Shown here: one piece after another, positions 49,801 through 62,651 of the stretch | How the letters are laid out: every line of letters starts with the position of its first letter | Position numbering within the stretch: position 1 is the first letter of the stretch | Assembly: GCF_009834535.1 (NCBI RefSeq) | Contig: NC_045697.1 | Coordinates: forward strand, 44,704,001 to 44,768,000 | From: Camelus ferus | Lineage: Eukaryota | Direction of reading: 5' to 3' | Length of the DNA stretch: 64,000 bases | Notes under the pieces: generated by a model | The model's input: the letters and a program-made list of their open reading frames with translations, nothing else | Told to the model about the DNA's origin: nothing | The model's database searches: none | Position numbers and translations under genes: made by a program

Positions 49801-50467
49801 TTAGTTCACGTTTTTGAATATTCAATCGATGCTGTAGACACACAGGGTTGAGAATTTGGTTATCAGATTTCTATGCTTTTTCGCAACTTGTTTACATATC
49901 AGTATTGTTCATTTTAGTGTTACTGACTCTTTGTGACTATTTGGTTAATTTATGTGTAGATACTTAAACAAGAATGCTACATTTTTTCCCCCTAAACGTC
50001 AAACATGCTTTCTTTTACTATGATTATTTTCTAAAAGACACTTGCCAAGTGAGAAATCATCCCTGATTTTGTCACAGCTGACAGTCTCTGTTGAAGAGAT
50101 TCTTGTCTTTGTTATCAAGGGAACAGTGCAAAGGGTACGAACACTGATGGAACTTCACAAGAGCAGATGAGCGTGGTACCCTGTGGTGCCTGGCCTAATC
50201 AATTATTATTAATCTTTCAGCTTTGTGAGTAGCATAGCCACTCACATTTATTCAGATGTTAATAAAGCTTCCAGTATTACCTCCTGCCGCTCCTTGCTTT
50301 GGAACACTTTATTGGAAGGAAAGCAGCTCACTTTAAGCTGATGTAGACCGGTGCTGAGGGATGCTGTGGTGAGGGAAGGGATGAGCTCCTTCTACTATTA
50401 CTTAGATATTTTTCTGAAATGATTTGGACTTAACACGGTATGCTAATATAGTTTTTCTTCATGATGC

Positions 50468-51497
50468 TATAGGGGGGGAAAGTATCTTTTCCTTCTGTTG
50501 CAGGAGAAGAGGGTATGAGAAGATGGTGGTGTCCCAGGTCTCTTGCAAGTCTCTGGGACGCACCCTGCCAAGTGAGGATCCTTGGCTTCCCACGGGAAGG
50601 AATTCAAGAGTGAGCTGTAGTCGAATAAAAATAGATTTATTCAGGGAGATACACACTCCATAGACAGAGTGCAGGCCGTCTCAGAAGGCAAGAGAGAGCG
50701 ACTAGAAGTTATGGGGTGGTTAGTTTTTATGGGTTCGGTAACTTCATATGCTAACAAGTGGGAGGATTATCACAACTATTTGGGGGGAGGGGTGGGGATT
50801 GCCAGGAAATCGGCCACTACCCACTTTTTGACCTTCTATGGTTAGCCTTGGAACTGTCACGGCACCTGTGGGTGAGTCATTTAGTATGCTAATGAATTAC
50901 AGTGAATGTACAATGAAGCTCAAGGTCTACTGGAAGTCATATCTTCTGCCATCTTGGGCCAAGTTGGTTCTAACCAGTTTATGTCATATCCTCAATTGCT
51001 GTGTCATTCTTTTAATGGTTGTGCTGTGCCCCCTTCCCTTCTGTCTCACTTCTACCCTTCTAAGTTCTTGTCTGGGGCCCCTATAACAAGACAGAATAAC
51101 AAGAGAAAAACATATCAAATATATTAATGTAATTTTTACATGATACAAGAGTCTTGATAAGGAAAAAAAGTCTTAAAGAAATAGTTAAACCAGAGTGTTT
51201 TCACTCTAGGTTTGATGAAGAGTGAAAAGTCATGGGAAAATGTGATAAGACAACAATATGGGCTATGCTGGGGGAAAGAGCATGGCCTGTTCAGATTCCT
51301 TTCAGCGTCCCTCCATCTTGGAGATAAGGATGTCCCTTTCCTCCCAGCATAGGGAGGGCCCCTCTCCCATGAGGGTGTTGTGACCTACTTCGGGGGAAGT
51401 TCAGAAAGTCCCTTCTGCATGTGCTACTTCTCAAGTTTTTTCGACTTAAAATGTTCAATATGCCCTATTTGGGGGTAGGTTGTTCTGAACTCCATCA
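50468..51497 (-). mobile_element. ERV1 (MER4-group, MER34/39-like) solo LTR, host of a second LTR
   Basis: agacagaataacaagagaaaaacat...ttaaaatgttcaatatgccctatttgggggtaggttgttctgaactccatca; near-TSD atgc/gtgc. Confidence 0.75.
50496..51048 (-). mobile_element. Younger ERV1 solo LTR with perfect 4-bp TSD
   Basis: TG...CA termini; TSD cttc at 50492-50495 and 51049-51052; tttatt (minus-strand AATAAA) at ~50636. Confidence 0.85.
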
Positions 51498-51759
51498 GTG
51501 CTATGAGCAAACATCCAGGAAAGCTCACAACTGTACCTGGTACTTTCCTTCCTGGGTTGCCTTACTCATTCTTCCCAAGTTCTCCCAGCAGGTATGGCCT
51601 TTTCCAATTTAAGAAATTCATTTTGAACAGGTACTGGATAGCAGAGATACTAAGCCCCAAACAGTAGTATTTTCTCCTAGTCTTGTGAATTCAACGCTTT
51701 GAGAAAATAATTTTCCCTACAAAGAAGTTGGAGTTAGGGTTTAGGGAGGGTTTCAGCCT

Positions 51760-52100
51760 GTTGGATCAAAAATTAAAAAAATTAAATTAAACTAAAAAGC
51801 AGTATATGTTCATTGTAAAAATATTAGAAATGACCTATAAAGAGTAAGGAAAAAAAAATCCATCCTTAACTGCTACCACTCTCCTACACAAAAGTGATGA
51901 TTGTCATATGTGTGTACATTTTATGATCTTTTTTATGATCTTTTCTCTGTAGGTATAAATAATTACCGCTATATAGATCCTCAGGGTGGCAACAATAGAA
52001 TAGACAATTCCATGTTTTCTTCTGCTCTTACATTTTGTAGGTGCTTTTCTGTGTTTTTTACATAATCTTCATGGTTATCATTTTAGTGGCTAACAGTTTA
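51760..52100 (-). mobile_element. Ancient L1 (L1ME-like) 3' fragment
   Basis: aaagcagtatatgttcattgtaaaaatattagaaa...aaaaaatccatccttaactgctaccac. Confidence 0.5.
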
Positions 52101-54126
52101 CTGAGTTCCATTTTTGAAAATGAGCTATTGTTAGAAGAAACAGAGTCTGTGCAACATTTCCCCTTCTATCCTTTTGGTTTGAGCAGCGTTCTAGAAAATA
52201 TAGGATGTTTCCCCCTCCACCTTGGGCATGTGTTCAGTCACCTCCTTATTCCCCTGTTTTCCTCTTTCACTTAATATGATAAATATTTTTTCATCCAGGC
52301 ATATGAATGATATTAGAAATTTACTTGGAAATAACACGTGAAAGAAATATTCTCTGAGGAGGATCTTTTTGGATAGGGTTGAAGACAGCGTTTTTCATTG
52401 TATCTGACATTGTCTTCCAAGATGAAAATAGAAGGAAGGGCAGCTGTATTTTAACTGCAGAATTGTGCATATATGCATCTGAGGAAATTTGTGGAAACAG
52501 CTTAGAAAATGATCATCAATGCCTTGAACAGATTCATTACAACGTGTGTACTTATTTGAGCATATTCTTGGGTCCTCTGCATTCACATGGCCCGATTTGT
52601 AATATATGCCATTTTTTCCCCAGAGTTTGCATATCAGAGATGATTCCTTTTTATTTTTTTCCCCTTCTTGTGCTGCTGCTCCTGCCTCTACCTGGGATTA
52701 TGCAGATTCTGGTTTAAGTCTCTTTATTCTTTTCTGCAAGTGCACAGCATGATGGGCTTCATTTCTGGGAGGAAATGATAATGGATTTCAGTTTTCACCA
52801 GTGACATTTGGAAACTACATGTCTTAAATAATATGTGTGCCACACAATAGAAACGGTCACCCTGTTCCAAGGGTGTGAAGACGTAAATAAAATAGCAGTG
52901 CTGTAAATATGTAGAGGCTAAATCTTAAAATGAAGGTAGGGGGTCCTAATTATTTTAATGGAGCCAATTTTATGATTTTTTTCAAGCTGGATGTAGAGGA
53001 CAGTCTTATCGATAGTGGGTACTTGGGATAATCAAGGGAAGGCTCTTAGAAAGGGTTTAATTTATTCTGTCAGATATTCAAGGCCATAAAACACTTCAAC
53101 AAATCAAAGCCATCATTTGAGAAATAATAAAGATTAAAAGGCAGCGTCGGACACCACAAACCCGGGTCCTCCCTGCCCTTTAATCCGAGTACCAGTTTTA
53201 TATTAAATAGAGCGTACTTAGCATTGATTAGCATTTATCTCAGTCTGACTGGGTGTAAGTGCCTTTTGATGGTCTAGATGTAAAGGGACTCAATTTCTTG
53301 TCTCAAACAACTGAGTGTCTATCTTTTGTTTATAAAGATAAGCATACTGTGTGGAGATTGTGAAGAGAGAGCTTCCATGCACTTGCCAGACCTGGGCTTA
53401 ATGGCACGGTCCGCAGACGGAGGAGAGGAAACAGTACTTGAAAAGAGCAGCGGTATTTCTCTAAAAGGCAGTGATCTCGAGACATAAGATTGCTGAAACC
53501 CCAAATCCCAGTTTTGGCTCTTGAGGTCAAGAAATCTTTGCCTTATTCCCAAATTTCCATTTTCCACCTTCCCACTTCCCACTGGCAGAGACGGGGAATC
53601 AGTTACCTACCTTTACGAAAACACATTTTACCGGGCTTCTCACTCCCACGCTGTCTATTCTGTAAGAGAGAGAGGAGGCTTTTCTGTTCCAAATGCCTGG
53701 GAGGCCCTTCCTCATTTCATATGCCTGAATCATCTGGGCCCTTGCGCTTGGAGTATTGACTGGTGGCAGTGACACCTCCACCTTGGTGTAATATGTCTTT
53801 CAAGTGAGAAGCCTCTCCTGGTCAATACTGAATCAATTTGCTCTGGCAGTCTAATTGAATGCCTCCCTCAGACAAATGGGTCACTGGGGGAAAGGGTAAA
53901 ACCTTGATATGCAGATCTGCTTTGAGGCCCCAGAGAAGGCTGTTTTAAAATGTATATTCCTCTTGAGAATATATCTATGTATCTCAATATTGTGTATACA
54001 TAATATAGCCTGTAACAGAAGCAGTGCTGGTTATTCACTCAGCAAAATGGATGTAAATCAATCTGTTGACAGCCTTCTTTTTTGTTGAACTACTATTTTA
54101 CTTTAACTTGATCCCTGTATAGCAAA

Positions 54127-54157
<31 letters not shown>

Positions 54158-54178
54158 AATGGAGAGGAGAGAGAGATC
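54127..54178. repeat. (GACA)n/(GA)n simple repeat
   Basis: Directly visible. Confidence 0.9.
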
Positions 54179-54409
54179 GAAGCTCTAGAATCACTCCTAG
54201 GATGAGGAATGTATTGCCTTAGAATTTTAGGTATGTTGATGTCTTTTTAAAAATTCACATCATTTCCATTTAATAAATTACACTGATGTTCAAATTATTT
54301 GATATCCTTAATATTCATAAAATACAGCTTTTTCCTAAGAAGACCGTGTTTCTTTCTTAGTGTTCCATGGGGGGCTTATAAGAAGAAAGGGACAGGAGAC
54401 GCTCCTGTG

Positions 54410-54600
54410 AGTGCTCCGCACTGTGTTAGCTCCTTTCTGGAAACTCTCCCTTTCTGCCCTTACTCCAGCCCCACGAGAAGTAATAATCCCTGATTTACAG
54501 AGAGGAAGGCTCAGAGAGCTTGGTAACTTGCCCAAGGTCATTTAGTTACTTATCAGTACAAACCAGACTCTGGTGTCTCCAAGCCAGTGCTGCTTTTCCC
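54410..54600 (-). mobile_element. MIR SINE
   Basis: tttacagagaggaaggctcagagagcttggtaacttgcccaaggtca. Confidence 0.8.
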
Positions 54601-54698
54601 ATGGGGCAGGATTTCAAATCACTTTTGAAAATGGTGTCTTGGGGACAGCTTCTCTTACTCATCTTTTTACCTAAATGGTGTGAAAATGCGTTCACACT

Positions 54699-55159
54699 GT
54701 GCAGACCAGTTTTCCGTTGCTGCTGTAACTAACTGCCACAAACAGTGACTGTAAACAAAACAAGTTCATTAGTTTTCAGTTTGGCAGATCAGAGTTCAAA
54801 AATGGGTATTACTGGGCTAAAATCAACTTGCAGGCAATCTTGTGTTCCTTTCTGGGGGCTGTAAGGGCGAAACTGCTTTCTCACCTCTTCCAGCTTCTAG
54901 AAGCTGCCCTCACTCCCTGGCTCATGGGCCCTTCCTTCCTCTTCCCGGCCAGCAATAGCCGGTCTTCCTCACGTTTTATCTGTCTGACTTCTGCTTCTGT
55001 CATTGCTATGATTATTTTGGGTCCAACTGGATAATCCAGACTAATCTTTACATCTCAAAGTCAACTGATTGATAAGCTTAATCCCATCAGCAACCTTAAT
55101 CCCCCTTTGGGTGTGTAGAATATGGACATCTTTGTGGGACTGTTATTCTGCCTACTGTA
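54699..55159 (-). mobile_element. MLT1-type MaLR solo LTR
   Basis: ttgctgctgtaactaactgccacaaac...gggctaaaatcaa...ttccagcttctagaagctgcc...tatggacatctttgtgggactgttattctgcctact. Confidence 0.88.
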
Positions 55160-55184
55160 TGTTATGGAATCTTTTTAACAGAAT

Positions 55185-55410
55185 AATACAGTAGTGAGAG
55201 ACCCAGGATTTGAAGTCGGATGGCCTGAGTTCAAGTTGCTCTCTCACTGTTTTCTGGGGCAAATCAATTACATCCTCTGTGCCTTGGCATTCTCATCTAT
55301 AAAACGGGAATGATAATTTGTGGTGGAGATTGAGCTAATGTGTACAAAGTGCTCGGCACAACCAGCACGTGACATACAGTAGATGTCCAATCATTCTTGG
55401 CTATTATTGT
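55185..55410 (+). mobile_element. MIR SINE
   Basis: ggggcaaatcaattacatcctctgtgccttggcattctcatctataaaacgggaatgataat. Confidence 0.8.
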
Positions 55411-55939
55411 CTACAAAACATTACATGGGTGCATGGTGCACTGTGCTGCACAAAAGGTTTCACAGATATTATTTTATTAGATTGTATACCATACTGTGGC
55501 ACTTACTGTTAATACACTTATAATTTATCATGAAGTTATTTTAAATCAAAGTTGAAATTGTAAAAAAATGTTAGGCTTAAAATTAAAGGGAATTTAGGGG
55601 GAAATCCACATATTAATACTTTATAATTATTTAATTTTTTTAATACTTTACCTACATACCTTCTATAGTTATTTTCAAGCTTCTAGAAAGTAGAGACAAT
55701 ATTGTTCATTCCGTAGGCACTTGCTTGAACATAATTAGCATGTGATGAATGCAGGTAAATGCCTGAAGGGATCCAAAGAGATAGAAGTGGCCAGAGGTGA
55801 GGGCCGAGGCTGGGAAGTGGTGAGCTGTTTGCATTCTACTTTTTTTTGCTGCATTGAAAGTCTCCTAGTGGGTCCCTTGACCTTGATATGTTTAAACTTT
55901 TTGACTCGTGGAGGACATAGAAACTCACTGAGGGCGTAA

Positions 55940-56400
55940 GAGCTGCCTTGGTCAATTCAGTGATTTTGGCTTTGGCCATAGGCAAGTAACAGAAAACTGT
56001 CTCAAACTGGCTAAAACAATGAGGCATTTATCAGCTCATGTACCTGAGAAGTCACAGAGGTGAGTCTTCAGGTCAGGCTGGAGCCAGAGGTTCATTGATG
56101 CCATTGTTTTGTCCCTTCCTTCTCTTCTCTGTTTTCATTATGCCTCATGTGATCAGCAGATGGCTGCAAGCAGCTTCTAGAAGCCCTGTGCTTCCTTGTG
56201 TATGCCCTGCAGGGGCAGACAGCACAACTTTCAGTAGCAGCCACAGGAGAGCAAAGAACTGTGTTTCTTAGAAGGTTCCAAGAAGGACTTCTCTATATCT
56301 CATTAGCTGAGGTGGAGTTTCATGCGCTTGTGACATCCCTCAACCAGTCATCACAGTGGCCAAGGGAGAGCAATGTGAGGTCACCTGGAACCACTGTGTG
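55940..56400 (-). mobile_element. Old MLT1 (J/K-like) LTR
   Basis: gcaagtaacagaaaactgtctcaaactggctaaaacaatgagg...gctcatgtacctgagaagtc...tccctcaaccagtcatcacagtggccaaggga. Confidence 0.7.
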
Positions 56401-58339
56401 TGTGTAGGGGGGAGGTGGGGGGGCCAGCTTTTCCCTAAAGTGGGGTTGCCAGCTAAAATATAGGATAGACAAAGGTGCATCGGGGAGAGGTGGATTCTGA
56501 GCAGCCAAACCCAGCAAAGGTGAAAATGGCTCAGCACATCTCGGGGTATAAAAGAAGAAATTCTTCTCGTAGGTAGTGAAATCTGGCTGAGTTGGGGTCC
56601 TAGTCTCTTACCCCTTTGTAAGCAGATCTTGTGAGTCATTCTTCTTGCTCATCATCCTGTTGATTTATGGAGCATTTCCTAAAGGTTTCGATGGAGAGAT
56701 TTACTGTTAGGGTGTAAGCACTTCACTTAGTCACTCAAGGGTAAATCCTTGTTGGGTTCCCAGTCTGACTGTAACTGGGCCAAGGAAGCTAAATCTTCAT
56801 GCCTGTACACAAGTGTGAAGAACTCACTTAGCTCAGACGGAGGGATTTTGGGAAGGATTCAAGTAGTGTGGGTGAAAGGTGCATAGTCAGTAACAGAGAT
56901 TGACAGTTTAAACTTCTCATGCTGGAGTCATAAACCTAGGGTGGCTAGGAGTGGGACAGGCTGAAATTGGAATATAAGATGGGGTGGAAGCCTGACATGC
57001 ATTCCATAGGGCCTGGTGTGAACTGAATTGAATGGTTTGAAACCAAGCAGTTACATCACAGTTCATGACCTCTACTGGGAGGCCCTAGAGAGGAACCTAG
57101 GATCGAATCTGTCAATTAAAATCCTATTTTTCTCTCCAAGAAGTAGGCCCTCTGGGTCATCCTGAGAGCTTCCACTGATGATGGACTTCACATTTTAACT
57201 GCTCTCTCTCTAAGTAACTACCTCCCTAGGGTGGAAGGTGCAGATCCCTTGGTGCATACAAAACTTCCTTAAGCAATGAATTGACTTCCTGCAGGTCAGC
57301 TCAGGAAAGGCCACAGGGCAGGGGCTAGGCTGAGGGCAAGGACTAGGGTTAATCCAGGTTGCTTAAACAGCATCCACTTATGTGGGTGCCATTTTTTCTC
57401 TGTTTTGTAATGTTTGAGTGCTAGAAGAACAGAGGAAGCCTAAGTATATTGAAACACATTTATTAAATTTCACACGTTAACATTTCAAAGAAAAATAAGA
57501 GGACCCACATTAATCATATTTTCAGTAGTTATTATATATACGACAATTAGTCATAATGGGATTTTCTGCCAGTTATTCTAATTAGTATTACATAGCCAGA
57601 CCAGTATTGAGTGTTCCCTCTGCTTTGTTAGTTTTCCAGAATCCATAAATAGCATTAAGGCTTGTTGGGATCCTTGAAGGCAGCCCATTAAAAAAAACCC
57701 TCTGTCCTGCCTGAGTGCTAAGAAAAGTAAGAATTAAGACAACAGAGTAAAACAGATGAGAATTCAAAATACTACCTTAGTTACTCCTAAGGGCTCAGTT
57801 GGAGGGTGCTTTCCCACCTGGTCATTGGCTGTGCTGGGCCGTGGCTGACTCACTCTGCCGGGGGACAGGGACTGGGGATAAGGGATGCTAGGGGCTGACT
57901 TGGGGCTACCCTGGAGGAACACCAAAGAACCAAGAGGTGTAAAGGAAGGGCTGAGTTGAGCATGTCCAGTTTATTCCTGCAAACTTATCAGTCAGATAGA
58001 TCACTTCCAGAGAGAGGTCAATGGGAGTTGCACTAGATGAGTTCCCTTCATCAGGAGTAGAGAAGTATTCCTACTTTGTTTGCTTGTAAACAGTTTTTCT
58101 AGATGTTTTATACTGTGTAATCCTCTCTTTATATACTGACTCAGTCATACTGTCATCCAAAGACTAGATCTTGGACTTGGAACAGCCATATGATTTCCTT
58201 CATCCTCCATTGTCCCTTCCTCTACCCAATTCCTCCTCCTTTTCTACTAAATCTGGCCTCAGGATTCTTGAGGTCCTCTTCTATATTTATTTAAATTATT
58301 TATATGAAATCCCATATTTAATCCCATTTGGAAGGTTTA

Positions 58340-58540
58340 TAGCTTGTCATGTGCTAGTCATTTTGTATACATTATCCCATTTGATCCACAACAAACGTGA
58401 GGAATAGGGCTTATTCTTATTTATTCTTTATCTAGATGTAGAAACTGTCTCTCAGAGAGGGTGATTCATCCAAGGTTAAAGGGATAGTAAGTAGTGAAAA
58501 CAGGATTCATGTCCCTTCACTCCAAAGCCTGTGAGGAGCT
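58340..58540 (-). mobile_element. MIR SINE
   Basis: attatcccatttgatccacaacaaacgtgagg...ctagatgtagaaactgtctctcagagagggtgattcatccaagg. Confidence 0.75.
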
Positions 58541-60629
58541 GATAACCCCAAGCACTTAGTTCTGCAGTTGTGGCAGGAGTGAAGGATGAGCATCAGTCGG
58601 AAATGAATGCAGCTCCCCTGACCCAGGAGGTGAGCAAGGTCACACAGGTCTTTGATAGAGGTGGGTACAGGAAGGAGCATAGTTGGACATAAAGCTCTCT
58701 GATAAAGTGGAGGGAAGGTAAGAGAAACATAACTTGCATTTTTAATACAGGTCTCTGTCCTCCTAGGCCCTACTCTGTGGGAAAAGAAGTTAGAAGCTGG
58801 GCAGGCTGCAGAGTTAACTTTTCTAGCTTTCATGCACACTGTAGGACGTGGACTTGGGAAAGGCTTGGTTTGCCTTTGGGTGGCAGCCCTGGGGTGGAGA
58901 GATAGATGTTCAGGTGTGTAAACAGTTGAATTGAATAGTTTCTTGACCTGCTCTTCTCAGACAGGCACCTGTTCTCAACTGCTGGCCCCCAAAGGCCTCT
59001 TCTCTCCAGAGACACCTCTTTCCTCTCCTCCGCTCTTTCCCCAGTCCAGGACCCTGGCAGGAGAGGAGTGCATGGCCGCCTGCACTGCTGAGGGTTCTTC
59101 TGGCTCCACTGTCAGCAGGACCTCTCTGTTGATGGAGGAGAGAGAAAAGGAAGCGTGTATTCCATTTTTCTTTCTTGGTGCATGGATAGCTGTGCCCTTG
59201 CAGGGCTGTTTCTGAGGATCTGTGGTTTCCTAACCATCTTTGTCTCTGGAGCAGAATGTTTTCCTTTACTTTCTTCTGGGTTGGTAATGCCATAAACCTT
59301 GTATTACTTCTTCCTCTGGGAGACCTGTGTGTGCCACACCCACCCAACTCCTGACCACTAATCTAAATATTAAGACAACCAGTCATTCAGACCCCATCTA
59401 TCTATAGCCGTGCACTAGGAATAGTCATCAGATGACTGTACCATGTGCACCGAATTTGCTTTTTGATTCAGCAGAAGCTTGCAAGTGTTATAGCTCAGGG
59501 ATAGTGTGCTGGTAAATTTATAATATTTGGTTTTCTTCTTTCCCACTTGTCTGGATACCTGATAGCAATAATAAACATCGCACCCAGAATTATGGGCACT
59601 ATCCTAAGCCTGCAGTGTTAGCATGACTCAATATTTGGCTGAGACTTGTGGAATCCATTGGTAATTTACTGGTCTGTTTTATGGTATGGGCCCAAGTTAT
59701 GTCATGAAATTCTTAATTGCAGAGGGGTGGCAAAAGGAGGTTTTAGAACATTATTGATGATGTTTTTGAAATACTTAGGATTTCCCAAAGCAGGGTATCC
59801 TATTGCTTGATCTCTGGTCCATTGGTAATTCTAATTGGCCTCTGTAGATTTATTCATTTCTCCTGTTTATACTAAAAATAAAATTAATAAAATAAAACAA
59901 TAAAAATTCATTCTCTTCATTTCTACCCTGCCCAAGGAGACTACATAGTAAGTGCTCTAGGATACTTAACTTGATTTTAAATTCTATCTGTAAATGTAAA
60001 AAAAAAAAGAAAGAAAAGAAAACCATTTTTGATTGATTTCTTTCACTTTGCATCTATCTCCTTTGCAAACAAACAAACTGGAAACTCTGACAAGATTCTG
60101 TTCTATTGATTTCTCTCTTGTTTGGGGGTGATGAGGGAGTCCATCAGTCATTTCTTTAAAATTGTGTCTTTGAGATATCTGTGTTGTTTGTGAAGTACTT
60201 AAGGGTTTTGTCCTTGAACTAATTCCCAAGCAGGGACTCATTTATAGACTTCAGTAGAAATATGTAACCCACATGACCTTAAGTTTGGCAGGACCACAGA
60301 AAAAGTGCTCACATGTTATGTACAGTATGTTTTTTTTACAAGGCACTTTAGTGCCATGTCATAGATTGAAATGGGCAAGGTGATTCTGGCCAAGAACATA
60401 GAGGTTGTTAAAGCTAGCTAGAGATGGAGAAATTTGGTTTATGTTTAGCTCGAAGTTTCTCTATCACTAGACAATAGTTTGACTCAATTTTCTTTGTGTA
60501 ATTGCAAAGGTGAGGAAAAACTGGAGGAAAATTCTTTAACTTTCCAGAAGGTCCCTGCTTCATCTTTTCTAAAGATAATAGCTCTGATTTCTTGAGAGCT
60601 AACTATGGGCTAGCTCTTGTGCTAAATGC

Positions 60630-60835
60630 CTGGGTACACTGATAAACGCTAAGCAATCAGCTCTCAATTAAAAAAAGTGTTCTAATTTGTAGCGTCTGCC
60701 AGTTTCTGTGGTTTTAAATACTCTCACCATGACCAGTGTCAAGCCATGAGTGTGATGTCACTGACAAGAGACTTGGGAAGAGATGCTGCCCATAGGCTCT
60801 TGCGAGCTGATAGGAGTCAACACCAATGCGTCCCT
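60630..60835. mobile_element. MER63-like hAT-Blackjack MITE
   Basis: ctaatttgtagcgtctgccagtttctgtggttttaaatactctcaccatg...gtgatgtcactgac...ttgggaagagatgc. Confidence 0.75.
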
Positions 60836-61014
60836 GGCTAAATGTTCCACGTGTGCTCACTCTCACTGCAGCTCTATGATGTAGGTACCTTCACAGCCTC
60901 ACTTCAAAATGAGAACACTGAAGCACCGAGAGGTGAATTAACAACCACATTACACAGGTGCCAGGTAGGACAGCTAGGATGTGCACACGGCAGTCTGGCT
61001 CCAGAGCCTAGCTC

Positions 61015-61128
61015 TTTTTTTTTTTTTTTAAATTTAAGTCTAATGTTGTGTTAGTTTCTGGTGTGCAGCATGGCGATTCAGTCATATACTCATATACACA
61101 TGCACATATTCCATTTCCTGTTCTTCAT
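61015..61128 (-). mobile_element. Short L1 3' tip
   Basis: Poly-T, then aatgttgtgttagtttctggtgtgcagcatggcgattcagtcatatac. Confidence 0.8.
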
Positions 61129-61769
61129 TAGAGCAAATCCTGTGCTCTTACCACAGTGCCATGTCACCTGCAGTCTTCTTAGTGGTTCCACTTCCAGTTT
61201 AGGAACTTGGTGGAAGTACTGTTTAGGAATATGAGGTTGTTGAGTATGGAAACCATGAAGCAGAGAATATTCCTATTAATCTATTCATTTGTATCAGTGT
61301 AAGTTCATCTCTGTAAAATTGCTTTAGATAATGGTTATGAGGAGCCCTCATTTGGGGGCCAAGAGAGGGCTCACATGGGGCAATGTCTCTACAACTAAGT
61401 AAAAACCATCTCAGGACAGAGTGTACAGGTAGAAAGGTGGAGGGTGGGGAGACCCTGTGCTGTGGATGGGTGGTGATGACAGGAGGTAAGGCTCTGTGTG
61501 CAGGGGCAGATGAGCCAGATGCCACCAGCTGGAACAGCTTCATGGAGCACTTCTACCTGGGTTTGCTAGAGAAACACTTCTGCGTGTCTGCTCATCCGCC
61601 AGTGAACTCCAGGGAGCAGCTTGGACTTAGCGTAGCGTGAGCGGGGTTGTCTCCATTATCTGAGCCATGAATGCTAAGGAAAGGTAATATGCTCCCTCAA
61701 TAACCCCTCTTTGGCTCTTTGATGTTGCAGTTTTCTTCTCTGTGTGTAGTTATGTATGTCGGAATAAAT

Positions 61770-61772
<3 letters not shown>

Positions 61773-61812
<40 letters not shown>

Positions 61813-61830
61813 TTATATATATGTATATAT
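61773..61830. repeat. (TA)n microsatellite
   Basis: Directly visible. Confidence 0.95.
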
Positions 61831-61839
61831 TTTAAGGAT

Positions 61840-62651
61840 TGTGAACGAAAACACTGTTTCTGTACTCACGAGACTTCTGACACCAGATATGGTTTTTTTC
61901 CACACCATGCAATTTTCCAGTTCTCAGCAGACACCAGCTGGGAATCCTACAGTTTCACTCAGTTTTGGCACTAACTGCCCAGAATTAGCAGACCTCACAG
62001 GCTAAGGACTCACAAGACTGTCCCGCAGTTTGGATGCCAGTCACAAGTCCCAGGTTGTGACCAACTGGCTGTACATTGGAGGTTCCCACAATCCCCTCCT
62101 CAGATTTGATAATTTGCCAGAGTGGCTCATGGAATGCAGGAAAGTGTTGTACTATTACTGGTTTATTGTTAAGGATACAACTCAGGAACCGCCAAAAAGA
62201 AAAAACAGATGCATTGAGCAAGGTCTGGGTGCATGGAGCTTCCACGTCCTATCTGGGTGCGCCACCTCCCAGCACCTGTGAGTGTCCACCAACCTGGAAG
62301 CGCCCTGAATTCCCCCCATTAGAGTTTTTATGTAGGCATTATTGATAAATCATTGGCCATTGGTGATTAACTCGATCTCCAGTCCCTCTTTCCTCCTTGG
62401 AGGTTGGAGGGTGGAGGGTGGAGCTGAAGGTTCCAACCCTTGAATCTCCTGATTGGTTCCTGTTGGTTCCATCCTCCAAGAGTCACCTCATTAGCAGAAA
62501 CTCAGGTATGGCTGAAAAGAGCTTGTTACAGATAACAAAATACATTCCTCTTAATGCTGTCACTCAGCAAATTCCAAGGGTTTTAGGTGGGCTGTGCCAG
62601 GAATGCAGGATGAAGACCAAGCAGTATTTCTTATTATATCACAATATCACA
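61840..62651 (-). mobile_element. MER21-like LTR
   Basis: Minus strand begins TGTGATATTGTGATATAATAAGAAATA, the MER21 start; internal acttctgacaccagatatgg, gcagacaccagctggg, tcattggccattggtgattaactc. Confidence 0.88.

Larger units (their letters stand above)
60575..61160 (-). mobile_element. MIR interrupted by a MER63-like MITE and an L1 tip
   Basis: ataatagctctgatttcttgagagctaactatgggc...; aaatgagaacactgaagcaccgagaggtgaatt...ggcagtctggctccagagcc; resumes tgctcttaccac. Confidence 0.65.
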
